Shown piece after piece: positions 48,635-52,329 of a stretch of DNA of 52,329 nt. This stretch comes from Gemmatimonadales bacterium (GTDB taxonomy: Bacteria; Gemmatimonadota; Gemmatimonadetes; Gemmatimonadales; GWC2-71-9): positions 1 to 52,329 of the forward strand of contig JBFJCP010000031.1 of the NCBI GenBank assembly GCA_041615815.1. The letters are read 5' to 3'. The notes beneath the pieces are model-generated. The model did not search any database. It was not told where the DNA came from and saw only the letters and a program-made list of their open reading frames with translations. Within the stretch, counting starts at the first letter, position 1. The number at the start of each line of letters is the position of its first letter. Both the position numbers and the translations under genes were made by a program.

Positions 48635-49789
48635 CTAGTGCTCAAAAGCCGCCACAACTCGCGCACCTAACTCCTCTAAACGCGCCACTGGCTCGTTGCT
48701 GAAGACTAGGCGAACAAAGCGGTCCCCGTTGACATCGCCCCAGTCCCGCATGGGAGTTGCGGCCACTTTACCCCGAGCTAAGAGAGACGTCGACGCCGTA
48801 AAGGAATCCAGGTTCACGGCGCTGACGTCCAGCAGCTGCGACCATCCTCCGGCAGCGGGAATCGTGACGAAGTCCTGTAGCTGAGCGGTGACGGTGTCTC
48901 GCCGCCGTTCCCATTCCACGCGAGCGGCCTCAAAGTCACTGTCCGGTACGAGTAAGGCCGCTGCGGCGCCAGCCTGCGCGATCCCCGTGGGCGTGACGAC
49001 GTTGTAGATGTGGACGCGTGCCACATCTGCCATCACGGACGTCGGGCCCACCACCCACCCAATCCGCCACCCGATCATTCTGCACTCCTTCGAAACGGAA
49101 CCAACGACGAGAGTCCGCTCCACCATGCTGTCTAGCGACACCGGATGGATGAGCGCCCGTCCGTCGAACAGGATACGCTCCATGGCGGCATTGTAGATGA
49201 GCCAAAGGTCCCGGTCCCGGCAGAGATCCGCCACCGATTCCCATTCCGCCGCGTTGAGGACCGCACCCGACGGCATGGACGGATTCATCAAAAACACCGC
49301 CCGCGTGCGGCGGGTGACGGCCGATCGTAGCCGATCGAGATCCAAGCGCCACTCGCTTCCATCGACGACGAGTGGCACGAAGACTGGCTCCGCACCCGCC
49401 AGTCGCACTCGGTATATCATCCCGGCATAGGTTGGGTCCGACACGATGACCTGATCGCCCGGATCGGTCAGGGCGAGCAGCACATCCAAGAGGCCTTCGG
49501 TCCCACCGCACGTGATCACGACCTGCTCAGCCGAATACTCCGCTCGGCCCACGAGCCGATTCACGTGTCTCGCGACGATCTCGCGCAATGCCGCACCGCC
49601 GGTAAACGGCAGATAGCTGTTGTCGGCGTCGCGCCCGATAGCTTCGCGCGTCGCCTCCACGGCGGCTTGCGGGGGAGGGACGTCGGTGTCCAGGTTCTCG
49701 AGCCGTAAAACCTCCGGATCCTCACCGGCCGCCGCTGCCACTCGATCGATGGAGAAACCGGGAATCCCTCTGAGACGCGAAGCCGTCAT
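48635..49789 (-). CDS. PLP-dependent aminotransferase class I/II
   Basis: GGTEGL, DPTY, NPSMPSG, GSVSK..MIGWRIGW and VRLVFS motifs. Confidence 0.9.
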   Translation of the reverse strand: MTASRLRGIPGFSIDRVAAAAGEDPEVLRLENLDTDVPPPQAAVEATREAIGRDADNSYLPFTGGAALREIVARHVNRLVGRAEYSAEQVVITCGGTEGLLDVLLALTDPGDQVIVSDPTYAGMIYRVRLAGAEPVFVPLVVDGSEWRLDLDRLRSAVTRRTRAVFLMNPSMPSGAVLNAAEWESVADLCRDRDLWLIYNAAMERILFDGRALIHPVSLDSMVERTLVVGSVSKECRMIGWRIGWVVGPTSVMADVARVHIYNVVTPTGIAQAGAAAALLVPDSDFEAARVEWERRRDTVTAQLQDFVTIPAAGGWSQLLDVSAVNLDSFTASTSLLARGKVAATPMRDWGDVNGDRFVRLVFSNEPVARLEELGARVVAAFEH

Positions 49790-49861
49790 CCGAATCCGTT
49801 CCTCTCACTATGGTTCGTAGCGTGCGATAGGCTCGCCCATGCCTTCTCGGGAGTCTATCTT

Positions 49862-50695
49862 ATGAAGGTGATGACCGATGCAATGCAGCGTCACGACGCA
49901 ACGCGGGCGAGGTCGGGTGTACTCACCGTCCATACCGTGGGGGAGACCCGCCACATTACCCTCAACCGGCCTGAGCACCGTAACGCACTGACGCCCGAAC
50001 TCTGTCGCGAACTCGCCGGGGCGCTCGACGAGGCCGGCCGCGACGAGGGCATTCGCGTCGTCACGCTGCGCGGTGCCAACAACCATTTTTGCGTCGGGCT
50101 CGATCTCAAGTGGTTCCTATCGCTGGGTCCGACCCCGCCTCCACAAATCTTGGAGGACGGCCTCGGGCATTTCCAGGAAAGCATCCGCGCCATCGTCCGG
50201 TGTCCCCTTCCCGTCGTGGCACTGCTCGAGGGTAGCGCAGCGGGCTTTGGCCTCGACCTGGCGCTGGCATGCGATTTCCGTCTCGCCACCGAATCCACGG
50301 TTCTGACGTCCGCCTTCGCCCGAATGGGCCTGGTCCCGGACGGCGGATCGACGTTCACCCTCCCACGCCTAATCGGGCGCGAGCGGGCGATGGCCGTCCT
50401 GGTGGCGGGTGAGACGCTGGACGCCCGTCGCGCCTTTGACCTGGGGCTGGTGAGCAGGGTGGTACCCGATCAGGGTGTGGAGGAAGCCACCGCTGCCTTG
50501 GCGGTAAGGATCGTCGAAAACGCGCGGTCGTCCGTCGCGCAAATCAAGACGCTCCTGCGGCATGAGGATTTCACCGCCTTGGAGGACCAGCTGGCTCTCG
50601 AAGGAAGGGCACAAATCGAAGCGCTCCAGGCACCGGAGTTCGCCGCTAGACTCCGCGCCTTTGTGTCGCGGAGCAGCCGCAAAGCCGGCTCCTAA
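49862..50695 (+). CDS. Enoyl-CoA hydratase/isomerase family protein
   Basis: ITLNRPE.RNAL, FCVGLDL, GFGLDLALACD and GLVPDGG motifs. Confidence 0.9.
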   Translation: MKVMTDAMQRHDATRARSGVLTVHTVGETRHITLNRPEHRNALTPELCRELAGALDEAGRDEGIRVVTLRGANNHFCVGLDLKWFLSLGPTPPPQILEDGLGHFQESIRAIVRCPLPVVALLEGSAAGFGLDLALACDFRLATESTVLTSAFARMGLVPDGGSTFTLPRLIGRERAMAVLVAGETLDARRAFDLGLVSRVVPDQGVEEATAALAVRIVENARSSVAQIKTLLRHEDFTALEDQLALEGRAQIEALQAPEFAARLRAFVSRSSRKAGS

Positions 50696-51165
50696 GATTC
50701 GTCTTTGGACGGCCCGTAAATCGACGGCAGGCGAAGCCCCGCTTGGCGCATCAAGACGGACATCTGTCCCCGATGGTGAATCTCGTGGCTCACGAGGACG
50801 GCCAGCGTGCGGCCCCGCGGCCACTCCATGCCGTATACGTCGTCCGTCTCGCGAAGCAATCGATCGGTCCACTGCGTCTCGACGGCCCGACCCAAGTTGG
50901 CAGCCGAGGCAAGGTAGTGCGCAAGGATGTCGGCCGCGCGATCCGGGAGCGGTGTCGACGTACTCGGCCCACCGAACTGAAGCCCCGTCCGCTCCACGAT
51001 ACTCCGATGCGACGTCGCAATGTGCCACGCGATTTCTCCCAAAGACCGGTATCCCGGCGCGACGAGCTGACGCAGCGAGTCGTCGCTGAGACCCTCCATC
51101 AGGCGTGCGGTGACCGTCGTCTCGTATTGCCACGTCTCCACAAAATCCTGTATGGTTCTGAACAT
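50692..51165 (-). CDS. DinB family protein
   Basis: RSLGEIAWHI and HEIHHRGQMSV.MRQAG..P.IYGP motifs. Confidence 0.9.
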   Translation of the reverse strand: MFRTIQDFVETWQYETTVTARLMEGLSDDSLRQLVAPGYRSLGEIAWHIATSHRSIVERTGLQFGGPSTSTPLPDRAADILAHYLASAANLGRAVETQWTDRLLRETDDVYGMEWPRGRTLAVLVSHEIHHRGQMSVLMRQAGLRLPSIYGPSKDES

Positions 51166-51308
51166 GTGATCGCTCCCTGATATCGAGCGGCGGTCCATTT
51201 CGCCCCTTTGACGCCGCGAACCCAGACCCCAACTCGACGCTTGCCTGCGGCAGACGTTATCTTCCGGTACGATAAAACGTTAGACCTCCTCATGAGCGAC
51301 GATCCATC

Positions 51309-52329
51309 GTGTTCGAGAACATCTTCGAAACCGTGAACTCGGGCTTCGCCCAGGCGTTGTACGAGGACTATTTGCGGGATCCAGATTCGGTTCCGCCCGA
51401 ATGGCGCGAGCTGTTCGAGAACGGGATTCAGGGCGAAGCGCCGGAAGGTCCCACCCCCGCCGCGGCTGCCGCGACTCAGCCCGGTTCAGCCACCGAAGCG
51501 CAGTCTCCCAAAGCCGGTGCTCCGGCCGTCCCTGGTCACCCGGAGGGCACGATCGATCAGATCAAGGGTCCGGCGCTCCGGCTCCTCCAGAACATGGAGT
51601 CGAGCCTGGCGGTCCCCACGGCCACCTCGTATCGCGAGGTGGACGTGAGCACGCTCTGGGCGGTCCGCGCGGCCTTCAACCGGCAACTCAAAGACCGCGG
51701 GCAGAAGCTCTCCTTCACGCATCTCATCGGTTGGGGCATCGTCCTCGCGGCCCGGGATCTCACCGTCATGACCCACGCTGTGATCGAAGCGGACGCCGAC
51801 CGCTACCGTCTCGATCCTCGCGCCATCAATGTGGGACTTGCCGTGGACGTGGAAGGTAGAGACGGAAAGCGGAAGCTCCTCGTGCCGGTCATCAAGAACG
51901 CGCAGCATCTCACCTTTGCAGAGTATTACCAGGAGTACGAACGGCTGGTGGCGGGAGCTAGGGACGGCAAACTCATGCCGGATGCGTACCAGGGCGGCAC
52001 CGTTACACTCACCAATCCCGGTACCATCGGCACGGCGGCATCAGTACCACGCCTGATGAAGGGTCAGGGGTCGATCATCGCGACGGGCGCAATTCGGGAG
52101 GTTGCTGGCGCGCGCATGATGACCATTTCCAGCACGTACGACCACCGCATCATCCAGGGTGCGGAGTCCGGCATGTTCCTCCAGCGTCTCGACGAACTGC
52201 TACAGGGCGCAGATGGCTTTTACCAGAATGTGGCCGAGGCTCTGGAGATGGATGGGTTCGCAGCCGACGCCGCCCTCGCCGCCGCCGCGGCGGCGGTAGC
52301 CCCGATCGCGCCCGCCCCCCCAACGGCCA
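51309..52329 (+). CDS. kgd: Multifunctional 2-oxoglutarate dehydrogenase E1 with fused E2-like acyltransferase domain (Kgd/OdhA type), partial
   Basis: Not in the ORF track because it is open to the window end. GTG 51309 gives MFENIFETVNSGFAQALYEDYLRDPDSVPPEWRELF (SucA-type N-terminus), followed by an acyltransferase domain with TLTNPGTIGT and STYDHRIIQGAESG. Confidence 0.88.
   Translation, partial: MFENIFETVNSGFAQALYEDYLRDPDSVPPEWRELFENGIQGEAPEGPTPAAAAATQPGSATEAQSPKAGAPAVPGHPEGTIDQIKGPALRLLQNMESSLAVPTATSYREVDVSTLWAVRAAFNRQLKDRGQKLSFTHLIGWGIVLAARDLTVMTHAVIEADADRYRLDPRAINVGLAVDVEGRDGKRKLLVPVIKNAQHLTFAEYYQEYERLVAGARDGKLMPDAYQGGTVTLTNPGTIGTAASVPRLMKGQGSIIATGAIREVAGARMMTISSTYDHRIIQGAESGMFLQRLDELLQGADGFYQNVAEALEMDGFAADAALAAAAAAVAPIAPAPPTA

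Noticed and set aside
1..52329. tRNA-Sec (selC), other tRNA/rRNA genes, prophage, integrase or defence systems
   Set aside because: I saw no cloverleaf or T-loop signatures in the intergenic regions and no transposase, integrase, phage or defence motifs among the ORFs.

Overview
High-GC bacterial chromosomal segment, densely coding and mostly housekeeping or metabolic. Gene content resembles Gemmatimonadota, but that is inference. It contains no rRNA, tRNA, CRISPR array or intact mobile element that I can support. From left to right: an SLC12/CCC-type permease, PduO-type adenosyltransferase, PhzF-family protein and aroB; a short RpoD-family sigma factor behind a DnaA-box-like/IHF-like intergenic region; a LON-domain-glcDEF-ygfZ-Nramp operon; a lipoprotein Zn-metalloprotease and an M20 amidohydrolase. 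An ~11 kb formate cluster follows, with fdhD, a NuoE/F fusion, a cytoplasmic FDH alpha subunit, and Tat-exported fdnGHI with fdhE. Both catalytic subunits are split in the ORF track by an in-frame TGA that carries a SECIS hairpin, so both are selenoproteins. Further right are a degenerate GH38-like Tat protein, a ChlI/MoxR-like ATPase and VWA pair, an MFS transporter, D-aminoacylase, nfi, a PD40 propeller, lhr, an EEP-family protein, ubiE, an orphan secreted protein with a sigma54-type promoter, a cold-shock gene, an aminotransferase, a crotonase, DinB and a partial kgd/odhA. The most unusual observations are the paired Sec-FDH system, an uncalled 49-aa Leu/Pro-periodic ORF between fdhD and the FDH genes, a dispersed family of degenerate 8-nt repeat hairpins that also sits in frame inside genes, and the standalone sigma54 unit.
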